Below are positions 23,539 to 32,415 of a DNA stretch of 64,000 nucleotides, piece by piece. Numbering within the stretch: the stretch's first letter is position 1; each line of letters begins with the position of its first letter. A program made the position numbers and the translations under genes. Origin of the DNA: Pseudomonadota bacterium. Its GTDB lineage: Bacteria; Pseudomonadota; Gammaproteobacteria; Burkholderiales; Burkholderiaceae_B. The stretch lies in NCBI GenBank assembly GCA_023427085.1, contig JAEZBO010000241.1:256-64255 (forward strand), written 5' to 3'. Below the pieces are notes generated by a model, which made no database searches, was not told where the DNA came from, and worked only from the letters and a program-made list of their open reading frames with translations.

Positions 23539-23589
23539 CGTGGCAGCCTCGCGGGATGGAAGAAGAATGGCACCGGTCGCTCGGGCCGA

Positions 23590-24090
23590 TCAGGCCGCGC
23601 CGGCGGGCGCGCGCAGCGCGGCCTCGATGTCGGCGCGCAGCGATGCCGGTGTGTCGGTCGGCGCGTAGCGCCTGGCGACCTGGCCGTCACGGCCGACCAG
23701 GAACTTGGTGAAGTTCCATTTGATCGCCTCGGTGCCCAGCAGGCCGGGCTTTTCGTTTTTCAGCCAGCGGTACAGCGGATCGGCGTGTTCGCCGTTGACC
23801 TCGATCTTGGCGAACAGCGGGAAGGTCACGCCAAAACGCGCGGTGCAGAACTCGCGGATCTCGGCTTCGTCGCCGGGCTCTTGCCGGCCGAACTGGTCGC
23901 AAGGAAAGCCCAGCACCACCAGGCCTTGCGGGCCGTATTCGCGGTACAGCGCCTCGAGCCCTTCGTATTGCGGCGTGAAGCCGCAGCGCGAGGCCACGTT
24001 GACGACCAGCAGCACCTTGCCGCCGAACTCGGCCAGCGCGCGCGGCTCGCCGTGGATGTCTCTGACGGTGTAGTCTACGATTGAAGTCAT
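23590..24090 (-). CDS. Glutathione peroxidase
   Basis: ATG at 24090. LVVNVASRCGFTPQY with peroxidatic Cys, and the WNFTKFLV motif. Confidence 0.9.
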   Translation of the reverse strand: MTSIVDYTVRDIHGEPRALAEFGGKVLLVVNVASRCGFTPQYEGLEALYREYGPQGLVVLGFPCDQFGRQEPGDEAEIREFCTARFGVTFPLFAKIEVNGEHADPLYRWLKNEKPGLLGTEAIKWNFTKFLVGRDGQVARRYAPTDTPASLRADIEAALRAPAGAA

Positions 24091-24191
24091 GAGGCGCGGG
24101 GCTCCGTGCTGGATGTCTCGAAAACCCACGTGGCGCGCGGGCCGTTGTCAGCCTGCGCCGTCCGCGGCGGTGCCAACCAGTTTATCAATCT

Positions 24192-24515
24192 ATGCCATCC
24201 TTGATCGACCGTCTGCAGGCTATGTACGAACAGGGCCACGACAATCTGCTGCTGCGCTTTTCGCTCGGCAAGGGCTACGCCGAGCAGGACCGACCAGAAC
24301 TCGCTCGCCAGCATCTCGAAGCGGCGGTGGTCTTCGACCCTGATCATTCGGCGGCCTGGAAATGGCTGGGCCGCGCGTGCCTGGCGCTCGACGACCCGGC
24401 GGCCGCACGGCAGGCCTGGACCGCCGGCCTGGCCGCGGCCGAGCGGCGCGGCGACGCCCAGTCGGCCAAGGAAATCCAGATCTTCATCAAGCGGCTGGAC
24501 AAGGCCGGCCACTGA
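24192..24515 (+). CDS. Small tetratricopeptide-repeat protein
   Basis: 107 aa with TPR-like helices (LGKGYAEQDRPELARQHLEAAVVFDPDHSAAWKWLGRA). Confidence 0.6.
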   Translation: MPSLIDRLQAMYEQGHDNLLLRFSLGKGYAEQDRPELARQHLEAAVVFDPDHSAAWKWLGRACLALDDPAAARQAWTAGLAAAERRGDAQSAKEIQIFIKRLDKAGH

Positions 24516-24558
24516 GGCCGGGTGCACGGCCGCGCCGCGCTTGCGGCGCCGACTGGCC

Positions 24559-25971
24559 TCACTTGAGTCCGCTGAACGCATCGATGGCACGCTGGCGGCT
24601 CGATTTCAGGTCGACCCGCGCGGCGGGGTAATCGCAGGCCCGGCGCTGCGCGGCACTGGGTTCGTGGATGCTCTTGTCGTCGAGCTCGGCCAGCTCGGGC
24701 AGCCAGCGGCGCAGGAAATGCCCGCGCGGATCGAAGCGCTGGGACTGCGACACCGGATTGAAGACCCTGAAATACGGCGCCGCGTCGGCCCCGGTCGACG
24801 CCGACCATTGCCAGCCGCCGTTGTTCGAGGCCAGGTCACCGTCGACCAGATGCTGCATGAACCAGGCCTCGCCCAGCCGCCAGTCGATCAGCAGGTTCTT
24901 GGACAGGAACATCGCACTGACCATGCGCAGCCGGTTGTGCATCCAGCCAGTCTCGAGCAACTGCCGCATCGCCGCGTCGACGATCGGCACGCCGGTGCGG
25001 CCCTGTTGCCAGGCCTGCAGATCGTCGGGGGCATCGCGCCAGCGCACCTGCGCGGTCTCGGGCCGCATCGGCTGGTGCATCGACAGTTGTGGAAAGCCGG
25101 CTAGCAGGTGCAGATAGAAGTCGCGCCACAACAATTCGGTGATCCAGGTCTGGATGCCGGCATTGCCGCTGTCGAGTTCGCCGTGGTTGGCCGCCAGCGC
25201 CGCGCGCAGGCACTGGCCGGGCGACAGCACGCCGGCGGCCAGGTACGGCGACAGGCGGCTGGTGCCGTCACGCGCGGGAATGTCGCGCGCCTGTTGGTAG
25301 TCGTCGATGGCCGAGCCGACGAAGTTGGCCAGCGCCGCGTCGGCGGCCTCTTCGCCCTCGGGCCAGCGCTGCTGCAGGGCCGGGGACGGCGCCTGGTAAC
25401 CGTCCAGTTTCGCCGGAAAGCGCCCGGCGCTGGCCGGCTGCGATGACAGGGGAGGCGCCGCGATCGGCTGCAGCGGCGCCTCGCGCAGCAGGCTGCGGCA
25501 GCGTTTGGCGAACGGCGTGAAGACCTTGTAGTAGTCGCCCGCGCCGGTCTGCACCGAACCAGGCGGCAGCAAGGTGGCGCCGTGATAACCGAGGAATCCG
25601 ATGCCGTCCTGCTGCAGCCGCTGGCCGACCGCCCGGTCGCGCTTGCGTTCGTTGACCGCGTATTCGATGTTGCAATGCACCGTCTCGACGCCCAGCTTGC
25701 GGCACAGATCTGCGATCAGGTCGGGGGCCTGCGACCAGGTGTCGGCCTGCAGCACGTGCATCGCGATGCCGCGTTCGGCCAGCGCCTTGGCCTGCGCGCG
25801 GGCATTGCGCAACCAGAAATCGACCTTGACCGGCGCATCGCCGTGCCGCAACCACTGGCCTGGCGCGACCAGGTAGACGGCATGGGTCGGGCCGTCCTGG
25901 GCGGCGTTGTACAGAGCGGGGTTATCGAACACGCGCAGGTCGGTGCGGGCCCAGTAAAGACTAGCCATCAA
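24559..25971 (-). CDS. phrB: Deoxyribodipyrimidine photolyase
   Basis: 470 aa. WARTDLRVFDNPAL N-terminus and FAD-binding region WREFY-type (LLWRDFY), MHNRLRM, and GGWQW. Confidence 0.9.
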   Translation of the reverse strand: MMASLYWARTDLRVFDNPALYNAAQDGPTHAVYLVAPGQWLRHGDAPVKVDFWLRNARAQAKALAERGIAMHVLQADTWSQAPDLIADLCRKLGVETVHCNIEYAVNERKRDRAVGQRLQQDGIGFLGYHGATLLPPGSVQTGAGDYYKVFTPFAKRCRSLLREAPLQPIAAPPLSSQPASAGRFPAKLDGYQAPSPALQQRWPEGEEAADAALANFVGSAIDDYQQARDIPARDGTSRLSPYLAAGVLSPGQCLRAALAANHGELDSGNAGIQTWITELLWRDFYLHLLAGFPQLSMHQPMRPETAQVRWRDAPDDLQAWQQGRTGVPIVDAAMRQLLETGWMHNRLRMVSAMFLSKNLLIDWRLGEAWFMQHLVDGDLASNNGGWQWSASTGADAAPYFRVFNPVSQSQRFDPRGHFLRRWLPELAELDDKSIHEPSAAQRRACDYPAARVDLKSSRQRAIDAFSGLK

Positions 25972-25992
25972 AAAATCCTGGAATGCAGAAGA

Positions 25993-26556
25993 TCAGCGGG
26001 CCGCCTGGCCCTGCCTGGCGCGCCAGTCGCGCACGGCCTGCAAGGTGTTGCTGACGTGCTGGTGCGGGTTGCCGCTGGCGTATTCGTAGACGATCCGGCC
26101 CTCGGGCGAGATCACGTACGAGACCCGGTTGGCCACACCGGGCAGCACGGCGTGCGCCACGTCGTAGTCCTTCATGATGCGATGGTCGCTGTCGGACGCG
26201 ACCGCGAACTTGCCGCCGCAGGCGCTGACGGAAAACTTGCCGAGGGTCTGGATGTCGTCGCCCGAGACGCCGACCACGGTGGCGCCTTCGGCCTGGTAGT
26301 CGCCGATGGCCTGCGCGAAGCTGTTGGCCTCGATGGTGCAACCCTGCGTAAAGGCAGCCGGATAGAAATAGAGCACGACCGGTCCCTTTTTCAGCGCCTC
26401 GGCCAGCTTGAACTCGAAGGGTTGGCCGGCCAGCGCGGCCTGCGCGGTGAAATCGGGCGCTTGCGCGCCGACCTCGAGCGCGGCGTGGGCGGGCAGGGTG
26501 GCCAGCGGCAGCACCAGGGCCAGGGCGAAGGCGTAACGGCGCGGCAGCAGGGACAT
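25993..26556 (-). CDS. Exported peroxiredoxin (AhpC/TSA-Bcp family)
   Basis: 187 aa. Signal peptide, APDFTA, and YFYPAAFTQGCT peroxidatic-Cys motif. Confidence 0.8.
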   Translation of the reverse strand: MSLLPRRYAFALALVLPLATLPAHAALEVGAQAPDFTAQAALAGQPFEFKLAEALKKGPVVLYFYPAAFTQGCTIEANSFAQAIGDYQAEGATVVGVSGDDIQTLGKFSVSACGGKFAVASDSDHRIMKDYDVAHAVLPGVANRVSYVISPEGRIVYEYASGNPHQHVSNTLQAVRDWRARQGQAAR

Positions 26557-26715
26557 GGTGGCTCTCCGAAAAAGATAGCCGCATCATGCCACGGGCGCGC
26601 GGCGTGCCGCCAGACGGGCTGCATTCGCTTACGTATGACACTTGACGCCCGTGGCCGCCGGCGCGAGGCTTGGACCAGGTGCCGCCACTGGCGCCGCTAC
26701 TTGCCAAAGGTTCCG

Positions 26716-27297
26716 ATGAAAGCCGTGTACACGATCACGCTGTTCTGCCTGGCCGCCGCGTTGCCGACGGCCCAGTCGGCGCGCGCGCAACCGGCCCCGT
26801 ACCACGCCGATCAGGCCGACCCGGTGTTGCGCACCTTGCCGGTCACGCCGGCGCCGGCGCAGTCGCCATTTCTGTATCGTCCACGGGCCGAGGCGCCGCG
26901 CGCCGTGCCGGCGCCGGTTTACGAAGGGCCGGTGGCGCAGGTGTTCCCGGCCCATCCCGGCCCGGTGTCGCGGCCCGGCCAGGGGTATCCGAGCCGGCCG
27001 TCGCCGTATTCGTCGATCACGCCGCCGGGCTCGGTGGCAGCGCCGGCCAATCCGGCCTCGCCCAGCGTGCCCCGCGCGCCGTCGGTCGGCACCCGGCCCT
27101 CGGTCAACCCGGGCGCGGTGCCCGACAAGGTCTACCGCACGCCGGGCAATGCGCCGCCACGCAACCGGCCGGCCTATTCGGCGCCCGGTCACATCCACGT
27201 CCAGCCGGTGGTGCCGATGCAGCCGCAGCGGCCGCATCGGCCCGGCCAGAACTATCCCTACCGGCCGTTGCCGCCACCGAGATATCCCGGCCGCTAG
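26716..27297 (+). CDS. Secreted proline-rich low-complexity protein (hypothetical)
   Basis: ATG at 26716 within the artefactual 571-aa ORF. Signal peptide MKAVYTITLFCLAAALPTAQSARA. The mature part is about one quarter Pro (my count 45 of about 169). G/C-rich third positions. Followed by a strong terminator. Confidence 0.55.
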   Translation: MKAVYTITLFCLAAALPTAQSARAQPAPYHADQADPVLRTLPVTPAPAQSPFLYRPRAEAPRAVPAPVYEGPVAQVFPAHPGPVSRPGQGYPSRPSPYSSITPPGSVAAPANPASPSVPRAPSVGTRPSVNPGAVPDKVYRTPGNAPPRNRPAYSAPGHIHVQPVVPMQPQRPHRPGQNYPYRPLPPPRYPGR

Positions 27298-27369
27298 CGC
27301 CAGGCGTCACGCGCACGCTGCCAGCCGGTCAGCCTCGCGCCGCCCGACGCCGCAGCCGTCTGGTCGAAA

Positions 27370-27416
27370 TAAAAAAAGGGTCATGTGCCGCCGTGAGCGG
27401 CCTATGACCCTTTTGG
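27370..27416. terminator. Bidirectional rho-independent terminator
   Basis: A7-GGGTCAT-gt-GCCGC-cgtga-GCGGC-ct-ATGACCC-TTTTGG between the convergent proline-rich and DoxX genes. Confidence 0.75.
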
Positions 27417-27466
27417 TTTGCCAGGCTCGGGCCGGCGCGGGGCGCTGGCCCGGCCGCGCGGCCGGC

Positions 27467-27856
27467 TCAGCGGCGGCTCAGGCCGTAACGGCCGCCACCC
27501 ATCAGCGCGATCGCGATCGAACCGAACAGGAACAGGCCCTGCAGCTCGAGGCGCCAGCCGCCGGTGTTGGTGAACTGGCCCAGGTGGCTCATGTGCGCCA
27601 GCAGGATCGCGACCAGCATGTTGATGGCGATGATCAGCGCGGCGGGGCGCGTGAACAGGCCGATGATCAGCAGGATCGGGGCGATCAGCTCGCCGACGTA
27701 GACACCGTAGGCAAAAAAGGCCGGCAGGCCGGCGCCGGTCACCATGCCTTCGATGCCGCCGATGCCATTGGCGAGCTTGTAGAGGCCGTGGAATAGCATC
27801 AGGATGCCGATGCTCAGTCGCAGTACCAGTTTGCCCGCGTCGTCATGGGTGGACAT
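27467..27856 (-). CDS. DoxX-family membrane protein
   Basis: 129 aa, four hydrophobic segments. LRLSIGILMLFHGLYKL is typical of DoxX. Confidence 0.75.
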   Translation of the reverse strand: MSTHDDAGKLVLRLSIGILMLFHGLYKLANGIGGIEGMVTGAGLPAFFAYGVYVGELIAPILLIIGLFTRPAALIIAINMLVAILLAHMSHLGQFTNTGGWRLELQGLFLFGSIAIALMGGGRYGLSRR

Positions 27857-27927
27857 ATTGTTATTCCTCAGTCGTATGCGTAGGGAAAAGAAATGAATGG
27901 AACAGAAACCTGCGCGAAGTTAGCAGG

Positions 27928-29337
27928 TCAACGTGACCCCTGCAATATCGACCTTGCATCCATCAGGCGCATCCGGAACGCCTTGCCCTTGATCGAGCCG
28001 GCCGCCAGCCGCGCGCGCGCCTGCTCGGCGACCTGCCGATCGAGCGCCACGTAGGACACGTTTTCGCCGACGCTGATCTTGCCGACCTGCTCCTTGCTCA
28101 GGCCCGCATCGCCGGTCAGCGCGCCCAGCAGGTCGCCGGGACGCAGCTTCTGTTTCTTGCCGCCCTGGATGCACAGCGTCACCCGCGGCGCGCGCATCGG
28201 CCCGCCGCCCTTGGGTGCCAGCGCGCCGATATCGGCCCACTTGAGCGGCGTGCCCAGCATCTTTTCGACCAGCGTGGCCCAGCGCATCTCGTTGGGCGCG
28301 CACAGGTTCAGCGCCAGGCCGGGCTTGTCGCCACGGCCGGTGCGGCCGATGCGGTGCACGTGGACCTCGGTGTCCTTGGTGACGTCGACGTTGATGACGG
28401 TGTCCAGCCCGGTGATATCCAGGCCGCGCGCCGCCACGTCGGTCGCCACCAGGATCGCGCAACTCTGGTTGGCGAACTGCACCAGGATCTCGTCGCGGTC
28501 GCGCTGCTCGAGCTCGCCATGCAAGGGCAGGGCGCTGTAACCGGCCTGGTCCAGGAACAGCGCCAGCTCGTCGCAGGCCGCGCGGGTGTTGCAGAAAGCC
28601 AGCGTCGATTCGGGCCGGTAGTGCGCCAGCAGCTTGAGCACGCTGTCGTAGCGCGCCTCGCGCGGGATCTCGAAAAAGATCTGCTCGATGCGGCTGTCGT
28701 CGTGCAGCGCCTCGACCTTGACCTCGATCGGCCGGTTCAGGAAACGCAGGCCGATGCCGCGCGCCGGACCGGCATAGGTCGCCGAGAACAGCAGGGTCTG
28801 GCGCGGTGTCGGGCAATGGCTGGCGATGATCTCGATCTGTTCGCCGAAACCCATGTCGAGCATGCGGTCGGCCTCGTCCAGCACCAGCATGCGCAAGGCA
28901 CCGAGCTCGAGGCTGCCGCGCGACAGATGGTCGGCCAGCCGGCCCGGCGTGCCGACCACGATGTGCGCGCCGTGCGCCAGCGACTCGGCCTGCGGCCGCA
29001 GCGGCGTGCCGCCGCACAGGCTGACGATCTTTATGTTGCCGCTGGCCCGTGCCAGCCGGCGCAGCTCGGCGGCGACCTGGTCGGCCAGTTCGCGGGTCGG
29101 GCACAGCACCAGGCCCTGCGGGTCGAAATTGCGGGCGTCCAGGCCGGCCAGCAAGCCGAGCCCGAACGCGGCGGTCTTGCCGCTGCCGGTCTTGGCCTGG
29201 GCCATCACGTCGCGGCCGGCCAGGATGTGCGGCAGGCTTTCGGCCTGGATCGGCGTCATGGCGGTAAAGCCCAGCGTGCTCAGGTTGTCGAGCAGCACGG
29301 GGGGCAGGGGCAGGCGGGAGAAGGCGTTGTCGGTCAC
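27928..29337 (-). CDS. dbpA: ATP-dependent DEAD-box RNA helicase DbpA
   Basis: GTG at 29337 gives an N-terminus (VTDNAFSRLPLPPVLLDNLSTLGFTAMTPIQ) colinear with E. coli DbpA. AKTGSGKT, DEAD, SAT, and HRIGRTGR motifs. C-terminal DbpA RNA-binding domain. No obvious SD. Confidence 0.85.
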   Translation of the reverse strand: MTDNAFSRLPLPPVLLDNLSTLGFTAMTPIQAESLPHILAGRDVMAQAKTGSGKTAAFGLGLLAGLDARNFDPQGLVLCPTRELADQVAAELRRLARASGNIKIVSLCGGTPLRPQAESLAHGAHIVVGTPGRLADHLSRGSLELGALRMLVLDEADRMLDMGFGEQIEIIASHCPTPRQTLLFSATYAGPARGIGLRFLNRPIEVKVEALHDDSRIEQIFFEIPREARYDSVLKLLAHYRPESTLAFCNTRAACDELALFLDQAGYSALPLHGELEQRDRDEILVQFANQSCAILVATDVAARGLDITGLDTVINVDVTKDTEVHVHRIGRTGRGDKPGLALNLCAPNEMRWATLVEKMLGTPLKWADIGALAPKGGGPMRAPRVTLCIQGGKKQKLRPGDLLGALTGDAGLSKEQVGKISVGENVSYVALDRQVAEQARARLAAGSIKGKAFRMRLMDARSILQGSR

Positions 29338-29531
29338 GGCGGGGGGATTCAAAAGAAAAGCAAGGTATCGGCAGGTACCGACATTCTGCCCGATCCGGGC
29401 GCCGCCGGTGCGGCGCGCTGGCGCGGCCCTCACCGGCGGACACGCCGATTCCATCCGGATACCTGGCAGCGCGCCGTGCGAAGCGCTACGATCGACACAT
29501 CCTCAACCCCGAACGCGTCCAGGAGTCGACC

Positions 29532-29732
29532 ATGACGGACCCCGCAGGATCGCGCGACGCGCGTATCGAATTGCAGGTCACCGAGCCCGACGCGGGCCAG
29601 TGGGAATGGCGCATCGTCCGGCTCAAGGACGATGGCACGCCGGGAGAACTGCTGGGCTCCGAACTGGGCTACGGCAGCCAGCTCGAGGCGCAGCACGCCG
29701 GCAAGGTCGCGCTGGATCTGCTGGCGGCCTGA
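29532..29732 (+). CDS. Small hypothetical protein (66 aa)
   Basis: AGGAG 8 nt upstream of the ATG and G/C-rich third positions. No domain recognised with confidence. Confidence 0.45.
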   Translation: MTDPAGSRDARIELQVTEPDAGQWEWRIVRLKDDGTPGELLGSELGYGSQLEAQHAGKVALDLLAA

Positions 29733-29882
29733 GCCGCGCGTCGTCGCCAGCCCGCGCCCGGCGCCGGCGCCGGGCCGGATTCCCTGCACGCCGCGACACA
29801 GACTGCCCGCCATGCCCGGCGCCCCCCGGGCGCGCCGGCCAGGGTTAAGATTCGCTTCATTTCCGTTGGCTATACCTGCCGC

Positions 29883-30539
29883 ATGCGTATATTGCTGGCC
29901 GAAGACGATCTGTCGCTGGGCGACACCCTCAAATCCTGGCTGAGCCTGGACGGCCACGCGGTCGACTGGGTCCAGCGCGGCGACCAGGCCGACACGGCGC
30001 TGCGCAGCCACGACTACGACTGCGTGCTGCTGGACCGCGGCTTGCCCGGCCTCGAGGGCGACGCGCTGCTGGCGGCGCTGCGGGCGCGGCGCGACGGCAC
30101 GCCGGTGCTGCTGATCACCGCCCGCGACGGCGTCAGCGACCGCGTGCAGGGCCTGGACCTGGGCGCCGACGACTATCTGGTCAAACCCTTCGATCTCGAC
30201 GAACTATCGGCGCGCATCCGCGCCGCCACGCGCCGCCATGACGGCCAGACCAGCGTCGTGCTCAGCCACGGCGAGCTGGCGCTGGACCCGGCCGCCAAAC
30301 GGGTCACCCGCGCCGGTGCCGACGTCACCTTGACCGCGCGCGAGTTCGCCGTGCTGCACGCGCTGATCCGCCGGCCCGGCCACGTGGTCTCGCGCGAGCA
30401 GATCGAACAGGCGCTGTACGGCTGGGGCGACGAGGTCGAAAGCAACGCCATCGAAGTGCACATCTACAACCTGCGCAAGAAGCTCGGCAGCCAAGCCATC
30501 GCGACGATCCGTCGCCAGGGCTATCGGCTGGAAGCCTGA
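29883..30539 (+). CDS. OmpR/QseB-type two-component response regulator
   Basis: 218 aa. Receiver domain (ILLAEDD...DCVLLDRGLPGLEG) plus winged-helix output (LTAREFAVLHAL...IEVHIYNLRKKL). Confidence 0.9.
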   Translation: MRILLAEDDLSLGDTLKSWLSLDGHAVDWVQRGDQADTALRSHDYDCVLLDRGLPGLEGDALLAALRARRDGTPVLLITARDGVSDRVQGLDLGADDYLVKPFDLDELSARIRAATRRHDGQTSVVLSHGELALDPAAKRVTRAGADVTLTAREFAVLHALIRRPGHVVSREQIEQALYGWGDEVESNAIEVHIYNLRKKLGSQAIATIRRQGYRLEA

Positions 30540-31966
30540 TGGCGGCCCGCCCCGACGCCGCGTCGCCCGGCCCGCGCGCCTACTCGCTGCGGCGCCGGCT
30601 GACGCTGGCCACGCTGGGATCGAGCATCCTGTGCGCGCTGGTCAGCCTGGCGATCGTGGTCTGGGTGGCCTGGGACGAGACCAGCGAAGTCTTCGACGAT
30701 GCGCTCGAAGAGGGCGCGCGGCTGACGCTGGCGCTGGGCGCCTCGATGGCGCAGGAAGGCCTGCTGGACGACGCGCCGTCGGTCGACGAACCGCGCAAGC
30801 GCGTGCGTCTCTATTACCAGTTGATCTCGGATCGCGGCGAGGTCGTGCGCCGCGCCGAGGGCGCGCCGTCGCGGCCCTTCGTCGATCCCGACAAACGCGA
30901 CGATCGTTACTACAACGTCTGGGAAGACGGCGAGCTGTGGCGCGTCTACGTGCTCGAGCACGAGGATCCGGACTTTTCGGTGCAGGTCGGCCAGCGCTGG
31001 GAAGCGCGCAACGAGCTGCTGGTCGAAACCATCGAAGCGCTGGTCTGGCCGGCGCTGGCGATCTGGCTGCTGCTGGGCCTGTTCAACTGGTGGGCGATCC
31101 GGCGCCTGCTGCGGCCGCTCGAACAGGTCGCGCGCGGCATCGCCACCAAGTCGCCGCAAGACCTCGGCCCGGTGCCCGACAGCGGCCGCGTCAAGGAGCT
31201 GCGGCCGGTGGTGCAGGCGCTGAACCAGTTGCTGGCGCGGCTCTCGGGCGCGCTCGAGGCCGAACGGCGCTTCACCGCCGATGCCGCCCACGAGCTGCGC
31301 ACGCCGCTGGCCGCGCTGGGCTCGAAGATCCAGCTGATGCAGCGCAGCCACGCCGGCGCGGTGCCGGCACTGGACGGCGACCTGGCCGCGCTGCGCAAGG
31401 ACGTGGCGCGCAGCACCGCGCTGGTCGAGAACCTCTTGGTGCTGGCGCGGCTCGATGCGCACGACGCGCCGCAGGGCAGTGCCGGCTATACGCCACAGCC
31501 GGTCAAGCTGCCCGAGCTGCTGCGCGAAGCCGTGTTGGCCTGCCAGGCGCAGGCCGACGACCGCGGCGTGCGCCTGCAGGTGCAGTGCGACGCGATGACG
31601 GTGCCGGGCCAGCATCCCTTGCTGTTCACGGCGCTGCGCAACCTGATCGACAACGCGGTGCGCTACGGCAGGCAGGGCGGCCAGGTGCGCGTGTCGGCAC
31701 GGCGAGAGCAGGGCGGCCATCGGCACGGCAGGGTGGTGCTCGAGGTCTGCGACGACGGCCCCGGCGTGGCGCCGGCCGAGCTGGAACGGTTGACGCAACG
31801 TTTCTATCGGGTGCTGGGCAACCAGGCCAGCGGCAGCGGACTGGGCCTGTCCATCGTCGCGCGCATCGCCGCGCTGCACGGCGCCGAGCTGTCCTTGGGC
31901 GCCGGGCGGGACGGGCAGGGACTGTGCGCGCGGCTGGTATTCGAACCGGACGCGCCGGCTCGCTAA
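30539..31966 (+). CDS. Two-component sensor histidine kinase
   Basis: 475 aa. Two TM segments, H-box FTADAAHELRTPL, N-box LIDNAVRYG, and G-box GSGLGLSIV. The start overlaps the regulator stop. Confidence 0.9.
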   Translation: MAARPDAASPGPRAYSLRRRLTLATLGSSILCALVSLAIVVWVAWDETSEVFDDALEEGARLTLALGASMAQEGLLDDAPSVDEPRKRVRLYYQLISDRGEVVRRAEGAPSRPFVDPDKRDDRYYNVWEDGELWRVYVLEHEDPDFSVQVGQRWEARNELLVETIEALVWPALAIWLLLGLFNWWAIRRLLRPLEQVARGIATKSPQDLGPVPDSGRVKELRPVVQALNQLLARLSGALEAERRFTADAAHELRTPLAALGSKIQLMQRSHAGAVPALDGDLAALRKDVARSTALVENLLVLARLDAHDAPQGSAGYTPQPVKLPELLREAVLACQAQADDRGVRLQVQCDAMTVPGQHPLLFTALRNLIDNAVRYGRQGGQVRVSARREQGGHRHGRVVLEVCDDGPGVAPAELERLTQRFYRVLGNQASGSGLGLSIVARIAALHGAELSLGAGRDGQGLCARLVFEPDAPAR

Positions 31967-32031
31967 GATTCAGTTCATCTTGGCGCGGTGAAATACAGGC
32001 TCTGGTTCCAACACACCTAGGAGTTATCACC

Positions 32032-32382
32032 ATGAAGAACACGATCCGCGCCGCCACCTTCGCCATGATGATGGCCGCTTCGACCGTCACGATGGCGCAA
32101 TACACCGGCCCGTCGTCGATCAGCCAGACCACCGTCAAGGAACTGCTGGCCAACGGCGTGGACGACCAGAAGGCCATCCTGGTCGGCCGCATCGTCTCGC
32201 ACGACGGCGACAACGACTACACCTTCGACGACGGCACCGGCCGCATCAAGGTCGAGATCTCCGAGCGCCGCTTTCCGGCCGGCAAGCCGATCGACGATCA
32301 GCAGAAGGTCGAACTGACCGGTGAACTGGACAAGGACCGTCACGGCGTCGAGTTCGACGTGGACCAGTTGCGCGTCATGTAA
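32032..32382 (+). CDS. ygiW: YgiW/YdeI-family periplasmic OB-fold (BOF) stress protein
   Basis: 116 aa from ATG at 32032. Signal peptide, then GRIVSHDGDNDYTFDDGTGRIKVEI, typical of the family. Sits next to a QseBC-like pair, as in enterobacteria. Confidence 0.8.
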   Translation: MKNTIRAATFAMMMAASTVTMAQYTGPSSISQTTVKELLANGVDDQKAILVGRIVSHDGDNDYTFDDGTGRIKVEISERRFPAGKPIDDQQKVELTGELDKDRHGVEFDVDQLRVM

Positions 32383-32415
32383 ACGGCGCGGCAGGGCGCG
32401 GCTGAACGGCCGCGC

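Noticed and set aside
25582-27297. 571-aa ORF as one gene. Likewise the N-terminal extensions of ORFs 42354-43946, 43370-44569, 14380-15933, 30631-32382, 50554-52341, 51627-53102 and 53876-54730.
   Set aside because: Only the C-terminal portions, after internal ATG starts with sensible context, give recognisable proteins. The upstream parts overlap real genes on the other strand or frame and translate to low-complexity Arg/Gly/Pro strings.
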